Position numbers and translations under genes: made by a program | The notes under the pieces: model-generated | The model's database searches: none | What the model was told of the DNA's origin: nothing | Seen by the model: the letters and a program-made list of their open reading frames with translations, nothing else | Shown: positions 62,099-64,000 of the stretch, piece after piece | Layout of the letters: every line of letters starts with the position of its first letter | Position numbering within the stretch: position 1 is the stretch's first letter | Origin: Antedon mediterranea | Lineage: Eukaryota; Animalia; Echinodermata | Length of the DNA stretch: 64,000 nucleotides | Direction: 5' to 3' | NCBI RefSeq assembly: GCF_964355755.1 | Contig: NC_092676.1 | Location: forward strand, 30,212,871 to 30,276,870

Positions 62099-62699
62099 AG
62101 TTTGACAAGTATGTCAGAAGTCGTTTTTTGTTACCAGTGCTATCTGAACCATGACAATATTACAACAAGATGCAGAAATCAACAGACATTTATTTATTAT
62201 TTTTAAGTATTCTCAAATGGCATTACATTATTGCCATTCTTTGCTAAATTATTTACATTCCCTGTTTTATTTCATCATATTATTAAGCTCCTGAGACATT
62301 TTATGATTGCTATATGTGCTTCTAACATACATACTATTTCTTAACCTAAACAAGTATATATCTGTTGAACCATCACATGGTTTGTGAATATTAATAATTA
62401 ATTAGAAAGAAGATATATTTGATAAAAAGAGATATTTAATAAAAAATTAATTAATCAGTTAATTGATATTTAAATCCATTTTTTATGATCAAAGCAAAAA
62501 TTTGTAATTGTTTTTTAGGGTAAAGTTTGATAAAAGGAGAAATTGAGAATAAATTATTTGATGATAAAGTATATAGGCCTACTAAATGGAAACACTCACT
62601 GAAATAAATAATAATAACTATATTATTTATTATGTAAATACATTTGTTCAGTTTATAATTATATTGTTATACTTGTTGAGACAATTTCAACCATATGTG

Positions 62700-64000
62700 T
62701 TAGTGTTTTGCTTGCTTATAAAGTTTCAAAATTTCTATACCATCTTTTAATTCATCATCTTCTCGTAACCTCTTATTGCAATATTGTTGAAGGTCATTGA
62801 CCTCAGATGACCTCATTTTTGTTATTTCAATGATTTCTGCTGCTGTTGCATCTGTAAGAATCTGGTGGAAATAAACACCTTGATATCAATATAAGAAGCT
62901 GGCCTTCCTCTTTTTATACATTGTTATTGGCAGGTACTAGTTTGACAAAAAAGTGCGATGTGCCCAAACATGGTATTGATATTACCAAATATGGTAGTGA
63001 TATATATATATGGGCACATCACATTTTTTTGTCACAAAAAGTTTAATAGAAGTGTAGAAAAAATGACATAAATTACTTTTAGATATCTATTTTTGACAGA
63101 CTGAGACTTAATATTTATGTTGGCATTCCCCCCCCCCCCCCTTGTTTGAGTAAAAGATCCAGGATCTGCCCCTAATTAAACAGTTGAAAATAATACCTTG
63201 CCTGTGTTGTAATAAAAATGATAAAGTAAGTGCAGTGTTACTTGTTCTTTGATTCTTAATTTTCAAATTAACTTTATCAATTTGTTTTAAATCATCATCG
63301 TTTCTTATTCTTGAAACATTCAAATATGAATTACAGTCTACCAACATGAAAACTCATGGCTGAAAAGTTCTGGTTTTCAGAATGTTCTCTACAAACTGTA
63401 GTAAGACAGTAAGAAAATGTATGAGTTGGTTTACCTGTAATTCATGTTTTGTCAGAAGTGGGATGCGTGCAGGATTTTTCTTGATTGATTTAGCCACGAC
63501 GCTCAACACCTTCTCTGTGGAGTCCGTCTGATCAGTTCCTTGAGTGTTGACCAGCTCAATATCTGTATAATTTATAATAAGTATCTTTAAGGTATAAAAC
63601 AATATTTGTAAAAAATCTGTTTTATTATGGAATATTTTGAAACATACAGTATGATATTTTGATGATTAGTATTGTAGATTAGGGAGGGGTGGGGGCTAAA
63701 TATTTCATAACTGATAAAAACGATCAGTCGAGTTGCAAAAAAATAAAAATAGCTGGTGGGGGCTAAAGCCTGTTTATCCGCGCCTGTATATATTTCACAA
63801 AATATGTACCACTTCTTTTTGCAGTCCAAGTTTGTCCATCAGCGAGGGCCATTAATAGCACATACTTCGGTAATGATTGAAAATATTCATCATCCTCTAA
63901 TATTGTACCATCAATATCTTCTACAATTGTCAGTCTGTCATTTTGTACATTGAAATACTTTTTGACTTTTTCCACAATGTCTGTTATCGTTGATGCCGTT
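62700..64000 (-). CDS. DFFA: DNA fragmentation factor alpha-like (ICAD/DFF45), CIDE-N plus one DFF-C-like helical region; 5' end lies outside the window
   Basis: Exons >64000-63810, 63562-63435 and 62861-62700 (TAA). CIDE-N signature IVEDIDGTILEDDEYFQSLP...LMALADGQTW, a caspase-type DQTD/S site, then NPARIPLLTKHELQILTD...LQQYC...ILKLY, which resembles the ICAD DLSSIILLSEEDLQMLVD region. Confidence 0.78.
62935..63058 (-). mobile_element. MITE family A, degraded copy in a DFFA intron
   Basis: ACTAGTTTGACAAAAAAGTGCGATGTGCCCAAA...TATGGGCACATCACATTTTTT. Confidence 0.75.

Overview
This is AT-rich animal genomic DNA, inferred to be from an invertebrate, plausibly a deuterostome such as an echinoderm. 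It is not prokaryotic. I hand-spliced four intron-containing genes and checked every exon phase. (1) Tomosyn/STXBP5: + strand, 3336-36942, 27 exons, ~1138 aa, with one U12-type intron and one GC-AG intron. (2) NDUFAF4: - strand, 41971-42883. (3) SMARCAD1: + strand, 50238-62098, 18 exons, ~1140 aa. (4) A short DFFA/ICAD-like CIDE-N gene: - strand, from 62700 off the window edge. Introns hold about 14 copies of one ~140-bp Tourist/Harbinger-type MITE, other non-autonomous DNA transposons (Kolobok-like, Zisupton/KDZ-like), LINE/SINE remnants and many minisatellites. The least explained features are: a CpG-rich block at 43.1-48.4 kb with an LTR-like unit followed by a non-coding array of paralogous mini-exons that keep their splice sites; tandem duplications that repeatedly copy real splice sites into decoy arrays; and a candidate 39-nt regulated tomosyn microexon. 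I see no CRISPR array, rRNA, tRNA gene or autonomous transposase. Gene and repeat-family names come from remembered motifs, not database searches.
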